64,000 bases of DNA, taken from a virus. Under the pieces are notes generated by a model. It was not told the DNA's origin, did no database searches, and was given only the letters and a program-made list of their open reading frames with translations. The position numbers were made by a program, and so were the translations under genes. The DNA is taken from IMG/VR virus record IMGVR_UViG_3300005827_000042, positions 1 to 64,000 of that record; one strand, 5' to 3'. Position 1 is the first letter of the stretch. The number at the start of each line of letters is the position of its first letter. Below, in pieces: positions 9,529 through 18,607 of the stretch.

Positions 9529-10034
9529 TGGGTAAACATTGTCCTGTTTGTAGTGATCCAGTTATTGTTCCTTTTGGAGATACCGACAGTGATATTCTCA
9601 TTGTAGGTTCTGTTCCCTCTGATGACGAGCTTGAGTCTGGTCGTGGGTTTAGTGACCCCGTATTCTCAATCCTCAAGAAAGACTTGTTCAAGGCCGCAGG
9701 TATTGATATGAATGCGGTGCGCAAGGGATATGTGTGGTTTCACGGCAAGCAATCAAGGAAGGGATGTTTGGAGGTTTCTTCATCTCTTGTTATTGAAGAA
9801 CTTAAGGGTAAGAAGGTTGTGGTTCTGGTGGGAGCAGATGCAGTATCATTCTTCTCTGATCTGTCTGTGGAAGATACAAATGGGCTGGATGTTACCGATG
9901 AAGTAGCATCCAGATTTGATATTGATGAAGGTGCGAGATTCTTTGCTCTATGTTCCCCCACCAACGTATACCGATACGTTGGTGAATATAGGTTCGGACT
10001 TTCAAAGTTAGGAGAGTGGATGAAGCATGGATGA
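9528..10034 (+). CDS. uracil-DNA glycosylase superfamily (family 4-like) protein
   Basis: N-terminal CPVC. SDILIVGSVPSDDELESGRGFSDPVFSILKKDL resembles the family-4 motif (..VGEAPG..ED..G.PF.G.AG.LL). Immediately follows the polymerase. Confidence 0.55.
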   Translation: MGKHCPVCSDPVIVPFGDTDSDILIVGSVPSDDELESGRGFSDPVFSILKKDLFKAAGIDMNAVRKGYVWFHGKQSRKGCLEVSSSLVIEELKGKKVVVLVGADAVSFFSDLSVEDTNGLDVTDEVASRFDIDEGARFFALCSPTNVYRYVGEYRFGLSKLGEWMKHG

Positions 10035-10272
10035 TATTGTGGTTGGTGACTATGTAGTATTCAGAGGGTACCCAATAGACCCTTCTGAGTCCTTGATCGA
10101 TGTAGAACTAGTAGAAAAGGTGGTTGGTGGTTGTGTTATTACTGATCTTGGAAGTTGTTATGCGATCAAGTATGTAATCAAAATACCGTCTCACTATAGA
10201 GATTACATCAAAGTAATTCCCAGGTATTACATACCTGCCACCACTATGAAAGAAATCTTAGGAGATAAATAA
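10027..10272 (+). CDS. hypothetical protein
   Basis: 81-aa ORF, overlapping start. Confidence 0.5.
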   Translation: MDDIVVGDYVVFRGYPIDPSESLIDVELVEKVVGGCVITDLGSCYAIKYVIKIPSHYRDYIKVIPRYYIPATTMKEILGDK

Positions 10273-10273
10273 C

Positions 10274-10939
10274 ATGGAACTTGATATTGCAATCGTAGAT
10301 CAGCAATTTTATGTGAACAATTTGCCGGTCACTGTCCGTGAATACCTGGACAGTGTTGACCATATTTTGAATCAGATTCAATCCACGGGAGACTTTGAGA
10401 TTGGGGCTAACACCGTCCGTTCAATGTCGTCCATCGGCCACGCCATTGGAATTAGTAAGGCAAAGCTATTGCACGGAATGTGGACACTGTGGAAAGAAAC
10501 TCAAGACCCGGATGGCAATTCTTTCTTTATCTATGCGGCTGAGTTCTGCAATATGCAGACTCTGGTAGTGCAACGCTATATCCAGGCATGGGAAGCCGTT
10601 TTGATTGCTCCCAAGGCACTGTATGATGACATGGTTGCACAACCCATGAAGAACTTGAATGCTCTTGGTGCAGCGGTAGCACAGGGATTTGAAATCTCTG
10701 ATGACACCTGGAAAACGATTGCCACAAGTTCTGACAATCAAACGGTCTTACGTGCTCTTCGTGATGTAAAGGGAAAGGAACCTCGATCAAATAGTATCAC
10801 TATCTATCTTGAAACGGACGGTAGCTTAGTTGCTTGGCAGAATGGGTTAGTAACACCTATCGGATATCTTGATCCGGACAGCAACCCAAAAGCCATCGAA
10901 CGTATTATCAAGAACTCTGGCATTGTACGCAGAGACTAA
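10274..10939 (+). CDS. hypothetical protein
   Basis: 221-aa ORF, AGGAG RBS. Confidence 0.55.
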   Translation: MELDIAIVDQQFYVNNLPVTVREYLDSVDHILNQIQSTGDFEIGANTVRSMSSIGHAIGISKAKLLHGMWTLWKETQDPDGNSFFIYAAEFCNMQTLVVQRYIQAWEAVLIAPKALYDDMVAQPMKNLNALGAAVAQGFEISDDTWKTIATSSDNQTVLRALRDVKGKEPRSNSITIYLETDGSLVAWQNGLVTPIGYLDPDSNPKAIERIIKNSGIVRRD

Positions 10940-10983
10940 TCGAACACTCATGTTCACCTATACAGTGAGGTAATAAAATAACT

Positions 10984-11160
10984 ATGAAACTTACAAAGTT
11001 AGTGAAGTTCGAGATTGAAGTAGGAGATGATTACGTACATACCGCTGAACACACGAATGAAATAAGAAAAAGATTACACCGTGTATTTGACCATCTGAAT
11101 GCCGTACTCAGAATGATTGACAAGAATATCAAAATTGTAGAAGGAGAATCAAATGGATAA
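10984..11160 (+). CDS. small hypothetical protein (58 aa)
   Basis: Hand-read ORF MKLTKLVKFEIEVGDDYVHTAEHTNEIRKRLHRVFDHLNAVLRMIDKNIKIVEGESNG. GAGG RBS. Overlaps the next start. Confidence 0.45.
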   Translation: MKLTKLVKFEIEVGDDYVHTAEHTNEIRKRLHRVFDHLNAVLRMIDKNIKIVEGESNG

Positions 11161-11425
11161 TACGGACGGATTGACCCAGGAAGATATCAAGATTGCGAAT
11201 CAGTGTATTGAGTTTTTGCAGCGTGACGAGTGCCGCGATGCCATTCGTACTACTATCCTACTCCTGTTATCAAAGGATGTCGAGCCAAGTTTGGACATTC
11301 TGATTGTCGGTATCCAGTCGGCATGTGCTACTGTTCTGTTCAACTACATCAAATACCAAGATGCTCCTCAGCCCGTTCAGCGTAAACCGGACGGCATGTG
11401 GGGCCACATTTTTGGGAAGAATTAA
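11153..11425 (+). CDS. hypothetical protein
   Basis: 90-aa ORF, GGAG RBS. Confidence 0.5.
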   Translation: MDNTDGLTQEDIKIANQCIEFLQRDECRDAIRTTILLLLSKDVEPSLDILIVGIQSACATVLFNYIKYQDAPQPVQRKPDGMWGHIFGKN

Positions 11426-11427
11426 TC

Positions 11428-12486
11428 ATGCCCATCAACTTTACCGGTAAGTATCCGACGCATGATCGAATTGAAACCGGCTGTCTCAGCTTTGACTGGG
11501 CGATAGCCGGTCAAGATTTCTCTCGTAAACAATTGCTGGGTCTGCCACTGCGCTGTGGATACCACATCTACAGTAAGAACACAGGTCTAGGCAAGACCGC
11601 CCTGTCTCTCGCTCTTCTTGGTATTGTGGCTTCCAAGATGAAGCAGGGTATTACCATTGCACCCATCGATACGTTTGACCAGGGAAACCTTGAAACCATT
11701 CTCACTGACATGGGGATGACCGATGAGGAAGTCAATATCGTTATGGGTGATGAGCATCCCAAGGTGCTGGCTGATCTGATTGAGGCATATCAACGCAAGG
11801 ATATCTGCGCTGCCCTTCTGGACAGTGTGTACTCCTGTATGTCTACGGCAGTTGCTCAGAGTGATCCGGGTGACAAAAACGTGGGCCAGGATGCGCAGAT
11901 GATGGCTGGGTTTGTGCGTCAGATGTACGGCATCACAAATAATGCCCGCCACAAGGATAAGATTTTCATTCTCACCAACATGCTGTTTCCTGCCATTGGT
12001 GGGGCACGTAAGGGATTCGGCCCTCCTCCTATGGCTACGGCTCGTGGGGTTACTCCTAACAGCCTTACGTCTATTCACATCAAACTTACCCAGCAGTACC
12101 GCAAGAACAGTGCGGTAAAGGGCGATGTTGGACGCCTGATACACGGTGTAATCGAGAAGAACAACTTCGGCCCCACTGGACGTGAGTTTGATGTGTACAT
12201 GGTTGGAGGTCATGGCATTCATGTTGGACTTACTGCTGTCTTTGACTGCCTGTCCTTTGGACTGGCTAAAGACAAGACTGGTGGTAAGGTGGACATTGAC
12301 GGGTACTCGGCCCGTCTGAATGCTATGATCGATCAGTGGGATACCTTTGACTTCACTCCGTTCACCAATGCAATCTCTGAGTACAAAGAACAGATTGTTG
12401 CTGGTAAGTCGGTCAAGGTTGTCAAGCCTGAAGCAGTGGAAGAAGACAGCGAAGAGCAGTTACCTGAAGACCTGTACGAAGGATAA
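11428..12486 (+). CDS. RecA-superfamily ATPase (putative recombinase, Sak4/UvsX-like)
   Basis: Start moved to ATG 11428, just after the upstream stop. P-loop NTGLGKTALS and Walker B-like AALLDSV. Followed by a resolvase gene. Confidence 0.5.
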   Translation: MPINFTGKYPTHDRIETGCLSFDWAIAGQDFSRKQLLGLPLRCGYHIYSKNTGLGKTALSLALLGIVASKMKQGITIAPIDTFDQGNLETILTDMGMTDEEVNIVMGDEHPKVLADLIEAYQRKDICAALLDSVYSCMSTAVAQSDPGDKNVGQDAQMMAGFVRQMYGITNNARHKDKIFILTNMLFPAIGGARKGFGPPPMATARGVTPNSLTSIHIKLTQQYRKNSAVKGDVGRLIHGVIEKNNFGPTGREFDVYMVGGHGIHVGLTAVFDCLSFGLAKDKTGGKVDIDGYSARLNAMIDQWDTFDFTPFTNAISEYKEQIVAGKSVKVVKPEAVEEDSEEQLPEDLYEG

Positions 12487-12487
12487 A

Positions 12488-12793
12488 ATGCCTACCCAGC
12501 AAACACTGAAGAAGTACGGCATCAATATGGAAGAGTGGCAAGCACTGTATGATAAGCATGGCGGTGCTTGCCACATCTGCCTAAAAGTTCCGTCAAGTGG
12601 TAGGTTGAACATTGACCACTTCCACGTACCAAAGTGGAGAACGATGCCACCAGAAGATAGGAAGAAGTTTATTCGAGGATTACTGTGCTATGTCTGTAAT
12701 AACAGAATCCTCACCAGAGGGGTAAGTGTGGAAAAGCTCAAACGAGCCGTAGAGTATTTGGAAGAGTGGGAAAACAAAAAGCCCCCCGTTTAG
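12488..12793 (+). CDS. endonuclease VII-family Holliday junction resolvase
   Basis: Start at ATG 12488. CHIC..(x)..LNIDHFH..RGLLCYVCNNRIL matches the T4 endo VII family pattern. Confidence 0.8.
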   Translation: MPTQQTLKKYGINMEEWQALYDKHGGACHICLKVPSSGRLNIDHFHVPKWRTMPPEDRKKFIRGLLCYVCNNRILTRGVSVEKLKRAVEYLEEWENKKPPV

Positions 12794-12799
12794 GGGGGC
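12781..12799. terminator. bidirectional stem-loop at the convergence of + and - transcription
   Basis: GCCCCCC-gttta-GGGGGGC with an A-run upstream (a T-run on the - strand). Overlaps both converging stop codons. Confidence 0.65.
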
Positions 12800-13203
12800 G
12801 ATTTATAACCCAATAATCCAAGTAACCAGGGTACGAAGTAGTCGTGAAAATTAATCATAATCAACACACTTACAAATACCACCCATGCAAGTTTTGGGTA
12901 CTTCTGAGTCCACAAAACTACTGAAGCATTTTCCACAACGGTGACTCTTTGAGAAACAAGTGTCACTTTATCCTTCAGCTTGGTGACCTCATCCTTTAGT
13001 TCCAGGTGTTCTTTATCCTGTAAAGCGGTCTTCTGTTTGTGCAGTAAGTTTTCTGTCTTTAGTTCAGAAATATCTTCTCCACGTGCTTTTACAAGCTCAA
13101 CAAGTTCATCAAGTATTCTGGTTTGACTGTCAAGTTTCTCATCAACTCGCACAAGCAAGTCATGGTCTTGTTCTTCCATTCTTCCTTTTTCAGTAGTTGG
13201 CAT
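12790..13203 (-). CDS. coiled-coil protein with C-terminal transmembrane anchor
   Basis: 137 aa. Heptad-rich charged N-terminal two thirds, hydrophobic WVVFVSVLIMINF segment near the C-terminus. Confidence 0.5.
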   Translation of the reverse strand: MPTTEKGRMEEQDHDLLVRVDEKLDSQTRILDELVELVKARGEDISELKTENLLHKQKTALQDKEHLELKDEVTKLKDKVTLVSQRVTVVENASVVLWTQKYPKLAWVVFVSVLIMINFHDYFVPWLLGLLGYKSPP

Positions 13204-13253
13204 GGGGCATAGTTCCTAGTTACTAGATTTTAGTAATCTTAACTTAGGTTAAA

Positions 13254-14174
13254 TCATTTTACTAGCCCTTTCATTTTGTCCTTATCCAACTCATTCTGTC
13301 TTCCAGTGCTCTCCGCTCCGCAACTTCTACAAACATACAGAGCATATCGAGCAGTGTTGGTGTAGTGTCCCTTATCCATCAAACGTTCCAGAGACGGAGA
13401 ACCACACACTCTGCATCTACCTTCTACCTTTTCATAATACGTCCCAACGTTCGGATGATTCTTCATCCACGGTCTAACTTGCAAATAATTGTCCTGAAGA
13501 ATCTTCACATCATTCTGGTTATACTTGAGCATGTTATCAAGTGCTTCTTGTTTACCGTTGAAGCAATCTACCCAGCATTGAAAGTCTGTGTGGGTTTTCT
13601 CTTCAATACCAAGACTTCTATTCACATAAGTCAGTGCATTACTGTCAAACCCAAACTGATTACGAATTGAGACGTATGGATCTATTGTCCGGTATTCCGT
13701 AGGCGGTTTCAGCTTATTCACAATGAAGCGGTAGTTCAATTTCTTGAAATCAAAACTCACTCCGTTGTAGGCAACAACCATATCAGCTTTACACAGAAGC
13801 GCATACATACTTGCACAAATTCTTGAGTCGTCGTGGGAAAGCGCTTCTTCAGGTGTGAGCACATCTCCAAAAATCTCATCCCCATTTAACCACTTAGCTG
13901 CCCAAGAGAGCAAGATCGTGGGGGTTACAATTTTGTCAGAACTGATGTAATCCACCTTACAACTAAATGTGTAGACTAACATTGGCAGAGTTTCCACATC
14001 CATGATGAGGATTCTCGGGCCGGATGCTGTATCTACACTGCGCACATACTGATGTGTAAATCGGTACCGACACGACTTACACATATAGCGCTGTTTTATT
14101 TCATTGAGCAGGTGTCTGGTTCCCTTACGAATAATAGATCCTGACCCACACTTTGGACATTCCATATTACCCAT
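13254..14174 (-). CDS. DEDD-type 3'-5' exonuclease flanked by zinc ribbons
   Basis: ExoI ILIMDVETLP, ExoII VVAYNGVSFD, ExoIII YNQNDVKIL. CPKC..C..C at the N-terminus and CRVC..CRSC at the C-terminus. Confidence 0.65.
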   Translation of the reverse strand: MGNMECPKCGSGSIIRKGTRHLLNEIKQRYMCKSCRYRFTHQYVRSVDTASGPRILIMDVETLPMLVYTFSCKVDYISSDKIVTPTILLSWAAKWLNGDEIFGDVLTPEEALSHDDSRICASMYALLCKADMVVAYNGVSFDFKKLNYRFIVNKLKPPTEYRTIDPYVSIRNQFGFDSNALTYVNRSLGIEEKTHTDFQCWVDCFNGKQEALDNMLKYNQNDVKILQDNYLQVRPWMKNHPNVGTYYEKVEGRCRVCGSPSLERLMDKGHYTNTARYALYVCRSCGAESTGRQNELDKDKMKGLVK

Positions 14175-14547
14175 TCAGTAGGTCGTAAATCTGAGTATAG
14201 ATAAGAATGGAGGAATACTTAGAGCAGTGATCCAAAATAATAGCCACATCCTCAATGGAAAGATCCAACACCCCAGCATCGAAGATGCGTTTTGCAAGAT
14301 GTCCATAGTGAAGCATCTTGGTCTTATCACGCTCATCTGAATTCAGAAGGACTCGACACACCTCCCTACCAACAGTAAGTTCTTCTTCAACTACCTCAAC
14401 AAAGAACTTGTTCTCAATTTCAAAGACTGGAGAACCTTCACCGTTTTTGCGAGTAACCCAGGCACGTAATGAAACCCCATTCAAGTCAGTAAGTGGAATC
14501 GTAAAGTCAATTTTCATATCGCTCCAATATTCGATTTTTAAATACAA
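14167..14547 (-). CDS. hypothetical protein
   Basis: 126-aa ORF overlapping the downstream gene by 8 nt. Confidence 0.5.
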   Translation of the reverse strand: MYLKIEYWSDMKIDFTIPLTDLNGVSLRAWVTRKNGEGSPVFEIENKFFVEVVEEELTVGREVCRVLLNSDERDKTKMLHYGHLAKRIFDAGVLDLSIEDVAIILDHCSKYSSILIYTQIYDLLNG

Positions 14548-14594
14548 ATATTTTAATTCACTATCTATTTTGAATTATGTGAATTAGATTAATG

Positions 14595-14897
14595 TTACAG
14601 TAGATCAATTGCTTCTGCGAATGGTGAGTCTCCATCCTTACACTTGCTATAAGCAATAGACAAGTCATTCACTCCAGGCTTATTCAGATCAACCAAATCA
14701 AATGGGTAATCATCTCCAATCCAATCAAACTCGTGGGTACAGGTTGGCTCATTTGGGTATGCTTCCCTATCTGCTTGGTTCTCCCAGCCGCCTAATACAC
14801 AATGGGCACGTCTGTACAGATCAGACTTATTTATCTCCAACCATCTCCAATATGAGACATCAAATTTTCCATGTTTTATTGCTAATTCAAGCGCCAT
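14595..14897 (-). CDS. hypothetical protein
   Basis: 100-aa ORF directly downstream of the fibre gene. Confidence 0.5.
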   Translation of the reverse strand: MALELAIKHGKFDVSYWRWLEINKSDLYRRAHCVLGGWENQADREAYPNEPTCTHEFDWIGDDYPFDLVDLNKPGVNDLSIAYSKCKDGDSPFAEAIDLL

Positions 14898-14905
14898 AGT
14901 TACTC

Positions 14906-17317
14906 CTATTTAGTGGCAACAGATCGACTACCAAGTGTATCGTTTTCAACGTGCACACCAAGCTGTGTAACGAATATGTGATTCGGGTATTCAGTGCCAC
15001 CGGTGGCGGCTATCCGCTTCAGTCGAATCTTCATTTGAGTACCGATCAAATTATTCGTCATGGCTAAGTCACCCATTGAAAGAAGTAAATGGGTCAGGTC
15101 TGCTGTGCCGTTGGGTATGGTGTATTCAGCGGTTAGGGAAGTCTCTGTCCACACCTCATTCACATCTGAGTATGCAATGTACACAGTAAACTGAACGTAT
15201 TGATTTCCTCCTGACGTGTTTGCACCGTCAAGGGCCAGATGAAGGTGGGGCTTTACGGCCGTTCCTTCCTTCCAAGAGTGGGGAAGTTCATTAGCACTAA
15301 GATCAATATAGTCACCTATATCAAATTTGTATTCCCCATTATTTGCAGTAAATGTACCATCCCAATCAGGAAAATTCGCAACACCAACCCTACCAGATGA
15401 AATACTGAACTGAATGTCTGCCCAAACAGTAGTGTCTAACACAAGAGTCTTAGCTGCACCACAAGTAACGTGTAGATCAGATGGGGCCACATCAGATGTT
15501 TTTATATATCCGGATGTCCCATCATAATACACAGACATATCATCACCAGCGCCGAAATAAATCTTACGGCTGTCAGCCTGTAAATAAGTAGTACCGCCAA
15601 GGTAAACTACGGAATTTAAGTATAGCGTTTGGGCTGCTGGGGTGGCTGCCATAATGCCATAGATGATAGCATTCGTAGCCTCCACAGCCGTGCTAGCTCT
15701 CTGCTGATTATCAATAATCAGAAGATTAGAATTTGTGGTTTGTCTGTATCCAGCATTATATCCAATGAATATATTGGATGCCCCGCTAGTTATAGCGTAA
15801 CCAGTATTCCTACCAACTGCGGTATTTTTCGCTCCAGAAGAGCCTGCTGACCCTCTACCAGACTCTGACCCAATAAATACGTTCTCACCTCCGGCTTGTC
15901 GATTACCAGCGTAGTATCCAATCATTACAGAATCTGAGTATATGTTTCCCAAAAACTCACCAGAGCTAATCCCAATTCCAACACTTCTCTGACCACCGGT
16001 TTTCAGAGACTCCGAACCTAGAGCAAATCCATAGTTAGTATTGCCACCCAAGAGCGCAAGAGCACCAATAGCCACATTACCAACACCAGCTATGGTAAAG
16101 TTCTTCATAGCCTGATAACCTATAGCTATACCTTCAGCACCGTTAGCACTTGAAAGAGCTTGGTACCCAATTGCTACAGCTTGATTAGTGGTAGTATTTG
16201 CTCCAAGAGCATCTTTACCTATGGCAACAGTAAAACGTGCTGTGGTGGATGCGTCTCCGGCACTATCACCTAAGAAGGTGTTACCATCTCCAGTCATTGC
16301 CGTGTTACCTGCGCCCTTACCAATAATCAAATTATCCGTACCTATATTGGTATAGTATGTACCCCTTCCTTGTATGGCACAGAGGACAGTACCTAAGCTA
16401 CTCTTTATATCAATTGAATTTGCAGTTTGTGTGGCATTATTGCTGACGGTAAGCTGCACCACATCGGCATTTCCAACAACTTGAAGTCTTGAGGTTGGAT
16501 TATCAATACCAATGCCAACATTACCGTTGAAGTAGTTCTTATCTGTAGCACCAGCCTGATAGATGCCCCACCTACTGGTGCCCGCTATCAAGTTCTCAAT
16601 ATATACCCCAACAAAACTACCCAAGGTGCCTACAACGGACCCACCTTCCACCCGAAGTCCGTCGTATTCAGTCATGGATGCTCCGGAAGCGACTAACGGA
16701 GCTTCAGCATTGTATACTGCCGCTTCTCCTATTAGTCCTGCCCCAGTTTGCCCCACAACCCTACCGGACAGTGCACTGGCCTTGCTCACCTGACCCGTAC
16801 CATAGTTGGTAGATGTATACCGATTTCGTAGTGCGCCACCACCAGACACTGATGTCAGGTTTCCAACACTGTCAGTGGTAGTGGCAGCAAAACCGTTTAC
16901 ACCGTGTATAAATATGGTATTTGAGTTGGTAGTGATCTTGCCTTGGGCATAACTTACCATACCAAGAACACTCTCGTCAGTCGCTTTACGAGAGATGAAT
17001 ACCACGTCCGTATCAACAGGGCCGGAGATGTCGTTTGGGCTGCCAAAGTAGGCAGTACCAGAAGAGTAGTTGAATTCTACTTCCCCATTTACCTCAAGGG
17101 CCACAGTGCCGGATACTGTAATAGTTAGGGGGCCAGTCATACTATCTCCGGTCTTTTTTACCCCACCCACCATCCATAATGCCTTACCGGTGCCAGGATC
17201 TTTGGTAAGTACATACTCGTTGGTAGCCAAAGCTACTTGAGTAAGATTATCCAGAGCGTCCTGAGCATTGTCGGCGTTTGTTCCACCTGCTTTGATTGGT
17301 TGCATCGATCTTGGCAT
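14906..17317 (-). CDS. tail fibre protein
   Basis: N-terminal KKTGDSMTGPLTI fibre signature. Central ~14-residue repeats (AVAIGYQAL / GIAIGYQAM / NVAIGALAL / NIFIGYNAG) typical of beta-helical fibres. Confidence 0.8.
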   Translation of the reverse strand: MPRSMQPIKAGGTNADNAQDALDNLTQVALATNEYVLTKDPGTGKALWMVGGVKKTGDSMTGPLTITVSGTVALEVNGEVEFNYSSGTAYFGSPNDISGPVDTDVVFISRKATDESVLGMVSYAQGKITTNSNTIFIHGVNGFAATTTDSVGNLTSVSGGGALRNRYTSTNYGTGQVSKASALSGRVVGQTGAGLIGEAAVYNAEAPLVASGASMTEYDGLRVEGGSVVGTLGSFVGVYIENLIAGTSRWGIYQAGATDKNYFNGNVGIGIDNPTSRLQVVGNADVVQLTVSNNATQTANSIDIKSSLGTVLCAIQGRGTYYTNIGTDNLIIGKGAGNTAMTGDGNTFLGDSAGDASTTARFTVAIGKDALGANTTTNQAVAIGYQALSSANGAEGIAIGYQAMKNFTIAGVGNVAIGALALLGGNTNYGFALGSESLKTGGQRSVGIGISSGEFLGNIYSDSVMIGYYAGNRQAGGENVFIGSESGRGSAGSSGAKNTAVGRNTGYAITSGASNIFIGYNAGYRQTTNSNLLIIDNQQRASTAVEATNAIIYGIMAATPAAQTLYLNSVVYLGGTTYLQADSRKIYFGAGDDMSVYYDGTSGYIKTSDVAPSDLHVTCGAAKTLVLDTTVWADIQFSISSGRVGVANFPDWDGTFTANNGEYKFDIGDYIDLSANELPHSWKEGTAVKPHLHLALDGANTSGGNQYVQFTVYIAYSDVNEVWTETSLTAEYTIPNGTADLTHLLLSMGDLAMTNNLIGTQMKIRLKRIAATGGTEYPNHIFVTQLGVHVENDTLGSRSVATK

Positions 17318-17320
17318 AGT

Positions 17321-18607
17321 TTAGAATCCTAGTATTACTACTCGACAATATATGTTGGTTGTAATTACTCCAGAATACCCACCAGAATTATTGCGTTTCA
17401 CGTATCCAGCGGTTCCCATAACTATGTCAACAGAATCATCGTTATTGTTTATCTGGACTGATGCACCATATATTGTGGCAGGTTCGGAGTAACTGTGGTG
17501 TAGCTGTCCAGTGGCACCGCCAGAATCGTTATCTAGATATACAGAAATGTTCAGTGCCTGTGTACCAAGATTATGATTCAGTGTTATTTTCTGGGAGGTA
17601 TTTATTGCAAACCACCCACTATCGTATTTCTTGATTGAACTATCTGGAGCCTCTACCATCTTCAGGACAGCAAGACTGTCTGTAATCAGCGGCGCAGATG
17701 TTAGATCAAATGAAGACGTTCCGGGGGTGAACACCACTATCTCTGGCTGTAGCACTCCTTCTATGAATACCCCAATACTACTTGCAGAACTATTCATTGT
17801 AAAATGCGTGCCAGTACCATCCACTTGAGATGTGAGATTCTCGATATCCCCAATAACTCCAGTTATATTCCCTCCGGACTTACTGAAGAATTGGCGCACA
17901 TCATAAATATCTCTCCACCCCACAGCCGCACCTGGGTTTGCTCTGATTGCAGCTAGTGGTATGTCCTTATTCGTTGCAGGGATTCCTGGTAAGTATGACA
18001 GTACACTGGATGTACCACTTACAGACGCAGGAAATACAGATCCAGTTATGGAGTAAAGACTACCATCAGCATCATTCAACATCAGCAAGTACAGGTTTGA
18101 TCCAGACACGTCCAGTGGAGTGATGCCTGAGAATCCAGTACCGCCGACACTCAGCCAGGAGTTTTCTGAGTTCTTGTACTGATATTGATTTATGTTTACA
18201 CTGTTTGATCCAGTGGTCGTGGGAGGGGTAACAAGCAATGGTAAAATCTGCTGGCTGTCCACCCAAACAATATCTGTACCTTCACTACCACGAATGGCTG
18301 AGTGCTGTCTACCGTGATTGGGTAAGAATGAGAAGTTGGTATTCCACTGAACATACCTATCAGTATCCACACCTATAATCTCGTATTTGATCCCATCAAA
18401 TTCCAGTATCACTGGAAGATCATATATCGGTGTGACCTTATAGTTATGTGCTCGAATTAGCTCACTTCGGTTCTCAAGTAATCGGACCCAAACAAATCCA
18501 GGACGACTGGAAACCTCAACCACAGTAGTTGAGATTCCCAGACTGCCTTTGAGTTGTCCTACGGCAGGGTTTATTAGCTGATTAAGTTCCGACTCTATGT
18601 GTGCCAT
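17321..18607 (-). CDS. tail/baseplate-associated structural protein
   Basis: 428 aa, Ser/Thr/Gly-rich, between the large tail protein and the fibre. Position-based call. Confidence 0.5.
   Translation of the reverse strand: MAHIESELNQLINPAVGQLKGSLGISTTVVEVSSRPGFVWVRLLENRSELIRAHNYKVTPIYDLPVILEFDGIKYEIIGVDTDRYVQWNTNFSFLPNHGRQHSAIRGSEGTDIVWVDSQQILPLLVTPPTTTGSNSVNINQYQYKNSENSWLSVGGTGFSGITPLDVSGSNLYLLMLNDADGSLYSITGSVFPASVSGTSSVLSYLPGIPATNKDIPLAAIRANPGAAVGWRDIYDVRQFFSKSGGNITGVIGDIENLTSQVDGTGTHFTMNSSASSIGVFIEGVLQPEIVVFTPGTSSFDLTSAPLITDSLAVLKMVEAPDSSIKKYDSGWFAINTSQKITLNHNLGTQALNISVYLDNDSGGATGQLHHSYSEPATIYGASVQINNNDDSVDIVMGTAGYVKRNNSGGYSGVITTNIYCRVVILGF

Noticed and set aside
11587-12222. 211-aa - strand ORF
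   Set aside because: It lies entirely inside, and antisense to, the RecA-superfamily ATPase gene, which carries recognisable P-loop motifs.
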